Both the position numbers and the translations under genes were made by a program. Source: Pontiella sp. (lineage in GTDB: Bacteria > Verrucomicrobiota > Kiritimatiellia > Kiritimatiellales > Pontiellaceae). From it: a stretch of DNA of 64,000 nucleotides. Where the stretch lies: positions 32,001 through 96,000 of the forward strand of contig JBNKHE010000007.1 in the NCBI GenBank assembly GCA_050290185.1, written 5' to 3'. The notes beneath the pieces were generated by a model. That model was not told where the DNA came from and did no database searches. It was given only the letters and a program-made list of their open reading frames with translations. Below are positions 1 to 9,518 of this stretch, in pieces. Each line of letters opens with the position of its first letter. Position 1 is the first letter of the stretch.

Positions 1-2
1 GC

Positions 3-1697
3 GTTGAAGCAGGACAAACCCATTTCGAAGCCGGCGGCGGCGCCCGCTTCCAGGCTCCGTTCTTCTACTGCAACGAATCGGCCTTCGATATGATGGACAA
101 GTTCCGCGCAGCGGCCGGTCCCGATGCTGACCTGCAGACCCTCGCTCGTGGCATCAACGTCGTGGGGCTCGACTCCCAGTCGCGCGACATGATCGACTTG
201 CACGCAAAAATGTTCAAAAAGCACGGGATCACCACGATCCGCAACTTCGACGCCCTCAACGACGTCAATAACCTCATCGATTCCGGCAGATCCATCACCA
301 ACCACGGCCTCAACCACGAAGTCTGCGTCACGATGATGGAATTGCCTCCCGGTTGCGAAGGCGCGCACACCGTCGAGTTCTACCAGAAGACCCTGCAAGG
401 CATTCTCGATGCGGGTATCCCGTTCACCAGCGTCTGCTTCAAGGATGCTTCGGGCACCTCCGCACCTAAGAAGGTCTACGACACGATCGCCATGGCTCGC
501 AAAATCCTGCCGGGCGACACCAAAATCGTTTTCCACTCCCATGAAACCGCCGGTGTCGGCACGGTTGGCTATATCGCCGCCATCAAGGCCGGCGCCGACC
601 AGGTGGACTGCTCGATGGCTCCGGCCTCCGGCGGTACCTGCCAGCCCGACGTCGCCACCCTGTGGCACGCGCTCCGTGGCGAAGACTACGATCTCGACAT
701 CGATATCGACAAGATGATGCATGCCGAGTCCGTCTTCAAGGATTGCATGGCCGACTACATGCTGCCTCCGGAAGCCAAGGCCGTCGAGCCGATGATTCCG
801 TGGTCCCCGATGCCGGGTGGAGCGCTCACCGCGAACACGCAGATGATGCGCGACAACAACATGATGGACAAATACGAAGAGTGCATCCACGCCATGGGCG
901 AAGTGGTTCGCCGCGGCGGATTCGGCACCTCCGTGACGCCGGTTTCGCAGTTCTACTTCCAGCAGGCGTTCAACAACGTCATCTTTGGTCCATGGGAAAA
1001 GATTGCCGAAGGCTATGGCAAGATGGTGCTCGGCTACTTCGGCAAGACACCGGTCGAGCCCGATCCGGAAATTGTGAAGGTTGCCGCCGAAAAACTCGAA
1101 CTCGAGCCTACCACCGCCAATCCAGTCGATCTGAACGACGCCGATCCCTCCAAGGGTATCGACGCCGCGAAGGCCATGCTCAAGGAGAACAGCCTCGAGG
1201 AAACCGAAGAAAACATCTTCATTGCGGGTGCCTGCAAGCAGAAGGGGATCGACTTCCTGCTCGGCAAGATGGAAATCAACGGCGTACGCAAGGGTGCGTT
1301 GACTCCGGCTGCTCCTGCCGCGACTGCCGGCGGCGATGGCGGATACACCGTAACCGTCAACGGCAAGCAGTTTGCGGTTGAGGTGAAGGGCGACAAAGCC
1401 ACGGTCAACGGCAAGTCCTACGACATCGGTGTGGCGGACGGCGTGGACGCTGCGGGTACGGCTGTTGCCCACGAGTCGGCCGACTCCATTGAGGTGACTG
1501 CACCGATGAATGCCAAAGTGGTGAAGCTCAGCGTGGGTGTTGGCGACCATGTGAATGAAGGCGATGTGCTCTTCGTGGTTGAGGCCATGAAGATGGAAGT
1601 CGATGTGAAGGCTTCTGCCGGCGGCACGATTTCCTCGATTGCCGTTGCTGCGGGCGAACAGGTAACCGCCGGCCAGGCGCTAGCCTCCATCAACTAA
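3..1697 (+). CDS. oadA: Oxaloacetate decarboxylase alpha / pyruvate carboxylase B-type carboxyltransferase with C-terminal biotin carrier (5' truncated by window edge)
   Basis: Frame open from nt 3 ([17 protein letters not shown]...); [17 protein letters not shown] metal motif, VTPVSQF; C-terminal EAMKM biotinylation motif; followed by beta subunit. Confidence 0.88.
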   Translation, partial: VEAGQTHFEAGGGARFQAPFFYCNESAFDMMDKFRAAAGPDADLQTLARGINVVGLDSQSRDMIDLHAKMFKKHGITTIRNFDALNDVNNLIDSGRSITNHGLNHEVCVTMMELPPGCEGAHTVEFYQKTLQGILDAGIPFTSVCFKDASGTSAPKKVYDTIAMARKILPGDTKIVFHSHETAGVGTVGYIAAIKAGADQVDCSMAPASGGTCQPDVATLWHALRGEDYDLDIDIDKMMHAESVFKDCMADYMLPPEAKAVEPMIPWSPMPGGALTANTQMMRDNNMMDKYEECIHAMGEVVRRGGFGTSVTPVSQFYFQQAFNNVIFGPWEKIAEGYGKMVLGYFGKTPVEPDPEIVKVAAEKLELEPTTANPVDLNDADPSKGIDAAKAMLKENSLEETEENIFIAGACKQKGIDFLLGKMEINGVRKGALTPAAPAATAGGDGGYTVTVNGKQFAVEVKGDKATVNGKSYDIGVADGVDAAGTAVAHESADSIEVTAPMNAKVVKLSVGVGDHVNEGDVLFVVEAMKMEVDVKASAGGTISSIAVAAGEQVTAGQALASIN

Positions 1698-1725
1698 GTC
1701 GCAACCGCGAACGGAGATTTTAAAC

Positions 1726-3198
1726 ATGAAGAAATTCATTACCATGGGCCTCGTCGCTGCCGCCATTTTTGGCGGAGCCGTGTGGGCGCAGGCCGAAGAG
1801 GCCGGTGCTACGACGGAAAGCGTTAAGGCCGAGAAGCACATTTCAATCGGTGGCGGCTTCCTGAAGCTGTGGCACGAAACGGGAATCTATCGTTTCATGC
1901 ATCCCCAAACACCGGAAGAGAAGGCCGCAGCCTACCGCGATGCGCTCATTAAAACCGTGGAAGCCGAGGTTTCCGCAGGACATTTCCACGGTGCGATGAA
2001 CGAAATCCACAAGGCACACGGGGTTGAAAATGAGTTGATCGAATCGCTGACCAAGCAAGTTGAAGAGGCCGAAGCGAAGGGCTATGTTCCGTCGCGCATC
2101 GTGCCCGAGGGGGTCGGACAATTCATCATGATCCTGGTTGGGTTGCTACTGATCTTCCTGGCCATCAAGAAGGGGTTCGAACCGTTGCTCCTGTTGCCGA
2201 TTGGCTTTGGCTGCATCTTGACCAACATTCCGATGGCCGGGATTGCCGACGGGCCGATGCCCGGACAGCCGGGCGGCTTCCTCTACTATTTCTATACCGT
2301 GGGTGTTCAGTCAGGTGTGTTCCCGTTGCTCATCTTCATGGGGGTTGGGGCGATGACCGACTTCGGTCCACTGCTGGCCAACCCGAAGACGGCCCTGTTG
2401 GGGGCCGCTGCGCAGTTCGGCATTTTCTGTGCGTTGCTCGGCGCCATGGCCATGGGCGGGCTATTCACGCTTGAAGATGCTGCCGCCATCGGCATCATTG
2501 GTGGTGCAGATGGTCCGACTGCCATTTTCCTGGCTTCGCGGCTATCGCCGAATCTGCTGGGTGCCATTGCCGTTGCGGCCTACTCGTACATGGCGCTGGT
2601 TCCGATCATCCAGCCGCCGATCATGAAATTGCTGACCACCAAGGCCGAGCGCGAGATCGAGATGAAGCAGCTTCGCCATGTTTCCAAGGCGGAAAAGATC
2701 ATTTTCCCCTTACTGGTCCTCATTCTTTGCTTGCTCCTGCTACCGTCGGCCACGCCGCTGATCGGCATGCTAATGCTCGGTAACCTGATGAAGGAAAGTG
2801 CTGTCGTCGATCGTCTATCCGATACGGCCCAGAACGCATTGATCAACATTGTCACGATCATGCTGGGAACGGCGGTTGGTTCCAAGCTAGCGGCCGACAA
2901 GTTCCTGAACGTCCAGACCCTTGGTATTCTGGGGCTTGGGCTGGGAGCCTTTATCATCGGTACCGCCACCGGGGTGTTGCTGGCCAAGCTGATGAACGCA
3001 TTGAGCAAGGACAAGATCAATCCGTTGATCGGTTCCGCCGGGGTATCCGCCGTGCCGATGGCCGCGCGTGTATCCAATAAGGTCGGACTGGAATCGAACC
3101 CGCACAACTTCCTGCTCATGCATGCCATGGGCCCGAACGTAGCCGGCGTGATCGGTTCCGCCGTGGCTGCGGGTGTGCTGCTCGCGCTTTGCGGATAG
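1726..3198 (+). CDS. oadB: Na+-transporting decarboxylase beta subunit with N-terminal extension
   Basis: [65 protein letters not shown] motifs. Confidence 0.95.
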   Translation: MKKFITMGLVAAAIFGGAVWAQAEEAGATTESVKAEKHISIGGGFLKLWHETGIYRFMHPQTPEEKAAAYRDALIKTVEAEVSAGHFHGAMNEIHKAHGVENELIESLTKQVEEAEAKGYVPSRIVPEGVGQFIMILVGLLLIFLAIKKGFEPLLLLPIGFGCILTNIPMAGIADGPMPGQPGGFLYYFYTVGVQSGVFPLLIFMGVGAMTDFGPLLANPKTALLGAAAQFGIFCALLGAMAMGGLFTLEDAAAIGIIGGADGPTAIFLASRLSPNLLGAIAVAAYSYMALVPIIQPPIMKLLTTKAEREIEMKQLRHVSKAEKIIFPLLVLILCLLLLPSATPLIGMLMLGNLMKESAVVDRLSDTAQNALINIVTIMLGTAVGSKLAADKFLNVQTLGILGLGLGAFIIGTATGVLLAKLMNALSKDKINPLIGSAGVSAVPMAARVSNKVGLESNPHNFLLMHAMGPNVAGVIGSAVAAGVLLALCG

Positions 3199-3219
3199 CA
3201 TTCGGTTGCAGGTGTTTAC

Positions 3220-3248
3220 AAGGGCCGCTGCACAGCGGTCCTTTTTTG
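3220..3248 (+). terminator. Rho-independent terminator after oadB
   Basis: agggccgctg-ca-cagcggtcct hairpin followed by T run. Confidence 0.8.
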
Positions 3249-3288
3249 TTTTCCGCCTTTCGATGTTTTGTGGCAGATTAATCTTCGT

Positions 3289-4083
3289 ATGAAAATTCCC
3301 TTCACGAAAATGCATGGGGCCGGCAACGACTTTATCGTGATCGATGACCGTGCTCAGACGTTTCCGATCGAAGACCATTCGTTCGTTGCACAGATGTGCG
3401 CCCGGCGCACGGGCATCGGCAGCGATGGAATTATCCTGTTGCAACCGTCCGAATCCGCCGATCTGAAAATGCGTTTTATCAATCCGGATGGCCACGAGGT
3501 TGAGATGTGCGGCAACGGTGCGCGTTGTTTTGCGCGTCTGGCTTTTGAACTTGATGCGGCGCCGGAGTGCATGATGATAGAAACGGTTGCTGGACCGGTC
3601 CGTGCCGAACTGCATGGCGAATCCGTCAAAATAGATCTGGGCCCTTCTTCGGATATCCAGCTTGATGTGCCGCTGGGGCTGAAATGGAAAACTGATTTTG
3701 TGAACACCGGTGTGCCGCATGTGGTGGTCTGGGTGGATCATGTTGATTCAATAGATGTTGTGAAATGGGGCAAAATGGTTCGCTACCACGAGCAGTTTTC
3801 CCCTCGGGGAACCAATGTGAATTTTGCGAAGGTTGAAGCCGATGGCACCTTGACGAGCCGTACCTATGAACGGGGCGTGGAGGGGGAAACGCAGGCCTGC
3901 GGCACAGGGACAGCGGCCGTCGCGGTTCTGGCGGCCCGGCGTGGTTGGGTGTCTTTGCCGGTCGCCGTGCATTGCGCTAGCGGTTATGATCTGGTAATTG
4001 ATGAACAACACGGGATGACTACCCTGACGGGCAACGCGGAAAAGGTTTTTGAAGGGGAGAGCGAATATGGAAATCGGGTTTAG
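3289..4083 (+). CDS. dapF: Diaminopimelate epimerase
   Basis: FTKMHGAGNDF, EMCGNGARC, NTGVPH, TYERGVEGETQACGTG. Confidence 0.96.
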   Translation: MKIPFTKMHGAGNDFIVIDDRAQTFPIEDHSFVAQMCARRTGIGSDGIILLQPSESADLKMRFINPDGHEVEMCGNGARCFARLAFELDAAPECMMIETVAGPVRAELHGESVKIDLGPSSDIQLDVPLGLKWKTDFVNTGVPHVVVWVDHVDSIDVVKWGKMVRYHEQFSPRGTNVNFAKVEADGTLTSRTYERGVEGETQACGTGTAAVAVLAARRGWVSLPVAVHCASGYDLVIDEQHGMTTLTGNAEKVFEGESEYGNRV

Positions 4084-4570
4084 CCTAGGTTCCAATCTAT
4101 ACAACCGAAAGCGACTGCTCATGCAGGCCAAAAACCTGTTGTTGTCGGCGCCTCGAACCCTTTTTGCCGATCAGTCTCCGATCTATGAGACCACGCCGGT
4201 TGATGTGAAGCCGGAATATCAGGATATGGCGTATCTGAATTCGGTCGTGATCGTGGAAAGCGAGCTGCCGTTGGAAAGCTGGCTTTCGTATATCGGCAAG
4301 ATTGAAAACATGCTTGGACGGGAACGGAGCGAGGATCGGAATGCGCCGCGCCCGATCGATATCGATATCATTTATGCCGGAGAACAGATCATCGATAGCG
4401 GCGGACTCGAGGTGCCACACCCGCGCTGGGCAGAGCGACGCTTTGTGGTTCAACCGCTCAACGATGTCCGGCCAGAGATGGTGCTTCCGGAAACAAACAA
4501 GCCGGTGTCGGACATTCTTCGCTCATTGCCGCCGGATGATGGCCTGAGTATATTCGAAGAGAGATGGTGA
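4067..4570 (+). CDS. folK: 2-amino-4-hydroxy-6-hydroxymethyldihydropteridine diphosphokinase
   Basis: SLGSNL, SPIYET, YLNSVV, PRPIDIDI, PHPR..ERRFV. Confidence 0.95.
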   Translation: MEIGFSLGSNLYNRKRLLMQAKNLLLSAPRTLFADQSPIYETTPVDVKPEYQDMAYLNSVVIVESELPLESWLSYIGKIENMLGRERSEDRNAPRPIDIDIIYAGEQIIDSGGLEVPHPRWAERRFVVQPLNDVRPEMVLPETNKPVSDILRSLPPDDGLSIFEERW

Positions 4571-4633
4571 GCGTATTTCGTATTGCTTGACTCCTTCCTT
4601 CCGAAAAAACTTTATACGCGATACAGATTTATT

Positions 4634-5425
4634 ATGAAATGGACTGCTGCAAAACTTAAGGCGCTGAAAGGCGAGAAGAAAATCGCGATGGTAACGGCGT
4701 ACGATGCGCTGACGGCTTCGCTGGTTGACGGCGCCGATATTCCCGCCGTGCTCGTGGGCGATTCTCTGGCAAATACTGTGCTGGGATATGAAACCACCCT
4801 CCCGGTGAGCATGGAAGAAATGCTGCATCACGCTGCTGCGGTTTCGCGCGGTGTTAAGCATGCGCTTGTAATCGCCGATATGCCGTTTATGTCGTATCAA
4901 CCATCGATTGCCATGGGGTTGGAGAACGCCGGGCGCTTTCTCAAGGAGGCGCATTCAGACGCCGTAAAAATCGAGGGCGGCGCGATGCGGGGTGAACTCA
5001 TTGAAGCCCTTGTACAGAACGGGATACCCGTGTTGGGCCATATCGGCCTGACGCCGCAGAGCATCAAGGAGATGGGCGGCTACAAGGTCCAGGGAAAAAC
5101 CTCCGAACAGGCCCGCCAACTGATGGATGATGCCATGGCGGTCGAGCAGGCCGGGGCATTTGCGCTGGTGCTTGAGTGCGTGCCTGCCGAGCTGGGGACG
5201 GCCATCTCAAAATCACTTTCCATTCCAACCATTGGCATCGGCGCCGGGGAAGGCTGCGACGGCCAGGTGCTGGTCTTTACCGATCTGCTCGGTATTGGCG
5301 ATAAACCAGTTCCAAAGTTCGTCAAAAAGTTCGCGAACCTCAATCCGTTGATTACGGAAGCGCTTTCTGCCTACAAGACCGAAGTTGAAGCAGGCACCTT
5401 CCCGTCCGATGCGCAAACCTACTGA
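4634..5425 (+). CDS. panB: 3-methyl-2-oxobutanoate hydroxymethyltransferase
   Basis: TAYD, LVGDSL, ADMPFMSY, VKIEGG, GHIGLTPQS, IGIGAG..CDGQVLV. Confidence 0.97.
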   Translation: MKWTAAKLKALKGEKKIAMVTAYDALTASLVDGADIPAVLVGDSLANTVLGYETTLPVSMEEMLHHAAAVSRGVKHALVIADMPFMSYQPSIAMGLENAGRFLKEAHSDAVKIEGGAMRGELIEALVQNGIPVLGHIGLTPQSIKEMGGYKVQGKTSEQARQLMDDAMAVEQAGAFALVLECVPAELGTAISKSLSIPTIGIGAGEGCDGQVLVFTDLLGIGDKPVPKFVKKFANLNPLITEALSAYKTEVEAGTFPSDAQTY

Positions 5426-5444
5426 TTTCAAGCAAGCTGCTCGC

Positions 5445-6290
5445 ATGGAAATTATTCGTACACCTGAAGCAATGCAGCAACGCGCCTTGGCTCTGAGGCG
5501 GGACGGGCGTGTGATCGGCCTCGTGCCTACGATGGGGTTTCTGCATGAGGGGCATCTTTCATTGATGCGTATTGCGCGCAAAAAATGCGATGTGCTGGTG
5601 GTGAGTATTTTCGTTAATCCCACACAGTTTGGGCCGAACGAAGATCTGGATGCCTATCCCCGCGACTTTGAGCGCGATGAAGCGCTTTGTGAAAAAGCGG
5701 GGGGCGATATCGTTTTCTATCCCGAGCCGGGAAACATGTATGCTTCCGATGCCAGCGTATGGGTGGACGAAAATGCGCTTTCAGGTGTGCTGTGCGGTGC
5801 TTCACGGGCCGGGCACTTTCGAGGGGTCTGCACCGTGGTGGCCAAGCTGTTCAATATCGTACAACCCGATCTGGCCGTGTTCGGCGAGAAGGATGCCCAG
5901 CAACTGCGCATCATCGAACGAATGGTGCGTGACCTTGATTTTCCTGTTGAAATCATTCGTGGCCCGATCGTACGAGAGCCGGATGGACTGGCAATGAGTT
6001 CCCGAAACAAGTATTTATCTGCCGGGCAGCGCCAGAATGCTCTGTGCCTGCGCCGGGCCTTGGATCGTGCAAAGACCTTGATCGATGAAGGGGAAGGGGA
6101 CGTTGCCGTGATCCAACAGGCCATGAGGGATCTTATTGGTCAGGTGCCAGAAGCGACCATCGATTATGTTGAGCTCGTGCATGACGAAACGCTGGGCACT
6201 TTGGATCGCGTTGAAGGGCGAATTCTGGTTGCCCTCGCGGTAAAAATCGGTTCTACGAGGCTGATCGACAACCTTGTGGTTAAGGTGTAG
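5445..6290 (+). CDS. panC: Pantoate--beta-alanine ligase
   Basis: VPTMGFLHEGH, SIFVNPTQF, FGEKDAQQ, REPDGLAMSSRN, RLIDN. Confidence 0.97.
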   Translation: MEIIRTPEAMQQRALALRRDGRVIGLVPTMGFLHEGHLSLMRIARKKCDVLVVSIFVNPTQFGPNEDLDAYPRDFERDEALCEKAGGDIVFYPEPGNMYASDASVWVDENALSGVLCGASRAGHFRGVCTVVAKLFNIVQPDLAVFGEKDAQQLRIIERMVRDLDFPVEIIRGPIVREPDGLAMSSRNKYLSAGQRQNALCLRRALDRAKTLIDEGEGDVAVIQQAMRDLIGQVPEATIDYVELVHDETLGTLDRVEGRILVALAVKIGSTRLIDNLVVKV

Positions 6291-6398
6291 AGGTTTGTCA
6301 ATGAATCGCTTGCGATTCCCGCTTCATTTTTCGGATGTTTTTGTTTGAAAGCATTGGGCACATCATTACATTGAAGGCCGCTTTTGGAAACAAAAGAA

Positions 6399-6472
6399 GG
6401 TGCGGTAGCCAAGCGGTTAGGCAGTGGATTGCAAATCCATCTAGATCGGTTCGACTCCGATCCGCACCTCCA
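6399..6472 (+). tRNA. tRNA-Cys(GCA)
   Basis: GGTGCGG/CCGCACC acceptor stem, anticodon arm GTGGA-TTGCAAA-TCCAT, T-loop GTTCGACTC, encoded CCA. Confidence 0.95.
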
Positions 6473-6505
6473 GCTTTTTTCAGGTCGTTAATCAGGAGAA
6501 ATAAA

Positions 6506-6889
6506 ATGTCTGTTCCGCAGGATCTGTTCTACACTAAAACCCACGAATGGGTTTCCCTCGAAGATGGCGTTGCAATTATCGGCATTACAGACTTTGCCCA
6601 AAGCCAGTTGTCCGACCTTACCTTTGTAGAGCTTCCGGAAGTCGGAACGGAATTCAGCGGTGGAGACGAAGCTGCCGTTGTTGAATCCGTCAAGGCCGCA
6701 GCGGATGTGTATGCACCGATTGCCGGTGAAGTGATCGAAGTGAATGGCGATCTCGAAGATGCTCCCGAACTGATCAACAACGATGCGTTTGGAAAAGGGT
6801 GGCTGTTCAAGCTTAAGGTCGTCGATGAGTCCGATGTGGACAATCTGCTTGATCCTGAATCATACGAAGATCTTTGCCCGCAAGACTAA
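6506..6889 (+). CDS. gcvH: Glycine cleavage system H protein (lipoyl carrier)
   Basis: THEWV, IGITDFAQ, VESVKAA lipoyl-Lys, PELIN..AFGKGWL; RBS AGGAG. Confidence 0.96.
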   Translation: MSVPQDLFYTKTHEWVSLEDGVAIIGITDFAQSQLSDLTFVELPEVGTEFSGGDEAAVVESVKAAADVYAPIAGEVIEVNGDLEDAPELINNDAFGKGWLFKLKVVDESDVDNLLDPESYEDLCPQD

Positions 6890-6910
6890 GGCGGGGAGAG
6901 GTTTGATTTC

Positions 6911-6940
6911 AAGGAGGATGCAAATCCTCCTTTTTTATTT
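6911..6940 (+). terminator. Rho-independent terminator between gcvH and lipB
   Basis: aaggaggat-gcaa-atcctcctt hairpin plus T run. Confidence 0.7.
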
Positions 6941-6942
6941 AA

Positions 6943-7650
6943 ATGATGAATGCCTGGTCCGTCAGTTTTAATGAACCCGTTCCTTATCAGCAGGGGCTGG
7001 ATATCCAGCGCCGCCTGTTGAAGGCTCGCCAGGAAAACCGAATCCCCGATACCGTGCTGATCCTGCAGCACACCCCCGTCGTCACACTGGGCAACCGCGG
7101 GCGCGATAACTATCTGCTCAAGACCGAAGAGGAATACCGCGAACTGGGCATTGAGGTGTTCCATGCCGAACGTGGCGGTGACGTCACCTTTCACGGGCCG
7201 GGTCAGTGGGTGCTTTATCCCATCCTCTTTCTTGGCGGTAACGAAGCCGACTCGCACGGCTATCTCAACAATCTGGAAGAGATCGCCATCCGCACGCTGG
7301 GCGATTACGGCATCGAAGGCTTCCGGCGCGAAGGCAAGTCCGGTGCCTGGACTGATGCCGGCAAGATCGCGGCCATCGGGTTCCGCTTGAAGAAATGGGT
7401 TTCATTCCACGGCATGAGCTTCAACGTCTGCAACGACCTGATGGGATTTGATACCATCGTTCCCTGCGGACTTGTCGGGGAACCCGTTGCCACTATGAAA
7501 ACTATACTGGGTGATGCCCTTCCGGAAATGGACCTGGTCCGCGACTCCCTCCTTAATCATTTCTCCTCCGTTTGTAAACGTGAGTTGGAACGGTTCAAGG
7601 CGGATGGTGAGATGCCCCCCATTTTGCAGGACTTGGTGAGTGAAAAGTGA
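6943..7650 (+). CDS. lipB: Lipoyl(octanoyl) transferase
   Basis: LQHTPVVTLG, RGGDVTFHGPGQ, KIAAIG, FHGMSFN, IVPCG. Confidence 0.94.
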   Translation: MMNAWSVSFNEPVPYQQGLDIQRRLLKARQENRIPDTVLILQHTPVVTLGNRGRDNYLLKTEEEYRELGIEVFHAERGGDVTFHGPGQWVLYPILFLGGNEADSHGYLNNLEEIAIRTLGDYGIEGFRREGKSGAWTDAGKIAAIGFRLKKWVSFHGMSFNVCNDLMGFDTIVPCGLVGEPVATMKTILGDALPEMDLVRDSLLNHFSSVCKRELERFKADGEMPPILQDLVSEK

Positions 7651-7701
7651 CGATGGAGTCGTGACTTTCTATTGATGGAAATCATGGGCCGCAAGGCATT
7701 C

Positions 7702-7724
7702 CACGCCTCACGCCTCACGCCTCA
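7702..7724. repeat. Heptamer tandem repeat (CACGCCT)x3 at the surE stop
   Basis: cacgcct cacgcct cacgcct ca read directly. Confidence 0.8.
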
Positions 7725-8483
7725 ATATTCCTCATTCCAACTGCCGACCTGTTCGAGGCATTGCTTGGCCGTGAGGTCGATATGGATGGGGGTGAGGGCG
7801 ACATAACCTTCCTTGACCAGCCGCTCGTCCGTTTCTGCATTGTCGTCGAGCATCTTCATGTCGCCGTCGAGCCAGTAGTACTTGTTGCCGCGCGGATCGC
7901 TATGCTCCGTGAATTTTTCAATGAAGCGCGAGCGGCCCATCTGACCAACCCGCATGCCCTTGAGTTGATCGAACGGAAGGTTGGGAATGTTGACATTGAG
8001 CAAAACACCGTCCGGCAGGGGATTGTCGGCCACCTTTGCCACGATGTCCGCCGCGACCTTGGCTGCGGTTTCCCAATGGGGGTTCTGGTAGGTACACAGG
8101 GAGAGGGCAACGGAGGGGACGCCAAGAATGGCGGCTTCGCTGGCAGCGGAAACGGTCCCGGAATAGAGTACGCTGATGCCGGTATTCGAACCAAGGTTGA
8201 TGCCGCTGACCACCAGGTCGGGAGGATTGTCCTTGTGCAGAAAACTCACGGCCAGTTTGACGCAGTCGGCCGGGGTGCCATCGACCGCGACACCCGACAA
8301 CCCGCTTTCATCTTCAACAGGCATGGTGCGGATTGGATCATAAATTGTAATCGCATGACCGGCAGCACTTCGTTCGGTGGCGGGTGCGCATACATGCAGC
8401 TCACCCAGATGGCCGATAGCCTGGTGGAGTTCCGCGATCCCGCGCGCATGGATGCCGTCATCGTTGCAAAGTAGAATTTTCAT
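7722..8483 (-). CDS. surE: 5'/3'-nucleotidase SurE
   Basis: ILLCNDDGI, GTPADCV, SGINLGSN, YSGTVSAA, LNVNIP. Confidence 0.96.
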   Translation of the reverse strand: MKILLCNDDGIHARGIAELHQAIGHLGELHVCAPATERSAAGHAITIYDPIRTMPVEDESGLSGVAVDGTPADCVKLAVSFLHKDNPPDLVVSGINLGSNTGISVLYSGTVSAASEAAILGVPSVALSLCTYQNPHWETAAKVAADIVAKVADNPLPDGVLLNVNIPNLPFDQLKGMRVGQMGRSRFIEKFTEHSDPRGNKYYWLDGDMKMLDDNAETDERLVKEGYVALTPIHIDLTAKQCLEQVGSWNEEY

Positions 8484-8585
8484 GGAAAAGAATATGGCGG
8501 CCTCGACTTGAAACATCAATGCCGATAGAAAACAAACCTGCATTTCGCAGTGCATTGTTCCGGCGTTATTTGCAATCCTTCATCC

Positions 8586-9335
8586 ATGAATCTGATTCTA
8601 CTCCATGCCGATGAAGTTGATGCTGACGGTCGCTGCGAATTGACCGGGAATCGAGCGCGCCATGTTCGGAAGGTGCTCAAGGCTGATGTGGGCAAGACCC
8701 TGCGGATTGGCTTGATAAATGGTCCCTTGGGAACCGGCGAGGTGGACCGGGTGGATTCGGGCCACATTGGCATAAAATGCATTTTCGAAGCGGACGTACT
8801 GCCCAAACCGCGTATCGATCTGTTGCTTGCCATGCCGAGGCCGAAGGTAATGAAACGCCTCTGGGCGCAGCTGGCTGCGCTGGGGGTGGGGCGGATCGTA
8901 CTGCTGCGGGCCGACAAGGTGGAGCGCTACTATTTCGATAGTCATGTGCTGGAGCCGGACTTCTACAATGAACTGTTGATTGAAGGATTGCAGCAGGCGC
9001 GTTGCACCCATCTGCCAGAGGTGCTGATCAGACCTTTGTTCAAGCCCTTCGTGGAAGATGAGCTGGATCCTGTTTTTGGTGATCATCTCAAACTGCTGGC
9101 CGATCCTTCCGGAAAGAAGCGGTTGGGCGACTTTTTCGCTTCCACTGCGGATTTCGAACGAACCATCCTCGCTATTGGACCGGAAGGTGGCTGGACACCC
9201 TATGAACTGGATCGGCTTCAGGAGCGTGGTTTTCAACTCTTCGGCATGGGCCGACGTATTCTGCGGACCGATACCGCAACCGTTAGCCTGATCGCACTAC
9301 TTGCTGAATATTCAATTCGGGACTATACTTATTAA
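8586..9335 (+). CDS. rsmE: 16S rRNA m3U1498 methyltransferase
   Basis: RHVRKVL, EGLQQAR, IGPEGGW, RILRTDTA SPOUT motifs. Confidence 0.9.
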   Translation: MNLILLHADEVDADGRCELTGNRARHVRKVLKADVGKTLRIGLINGPLGTGEVDRVDSGHIGIKCIFEADVLPKPRIDLLLAMPRPKVMKRLWAQLAALGVGRIVLLRADKVERYYFDSHVLEPDFYNELLIEGLQQARCTHLPEVLIRPLFKPFVEDELDPVFGDHLKLLADPSGKKRLGDFFASTADFERTILAIGPEGGWTPYELDRLQERGFQLFGMGRRILRTDTATVSLIALLAEYSIRDYTY

Positions 9336-9455
9336 ATAGTGAACACGATGGGGCATCGATGGGGTTGGTGACTATTCTTTCCGTACTCGGACTCCATATA
9401 AATACGGGAATTCAGGGAGGATATTTAACTCTATCCTTGTCGCCTTGGCCTAATT

Positions 9456-9471
9456 CGATATATTTATATCG
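9456..9471. promoter_or_regulatory. Perfect inverted repeat, candidate operator upstream of hoxF
   Basis: CGATATA-TT-TATATCG in an AT-rich stretch about 50 nt before the hoxF start. Confidence 0.4.
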
Positions 9472-9518
9472 TATAGAGAGACTGTTGGATAAAACCCTTT
9501 GTCGAGAGGAGAGGATCC

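Noticed and set aside
6335..6505. N-terminal extension of the gcvH ORF, and similar extensions on 37459-37857 and 54658-55023
   Set aside because: These run through tRNA-Cys, tRNA-Leu and the putative 6S RNA, so they are not coding
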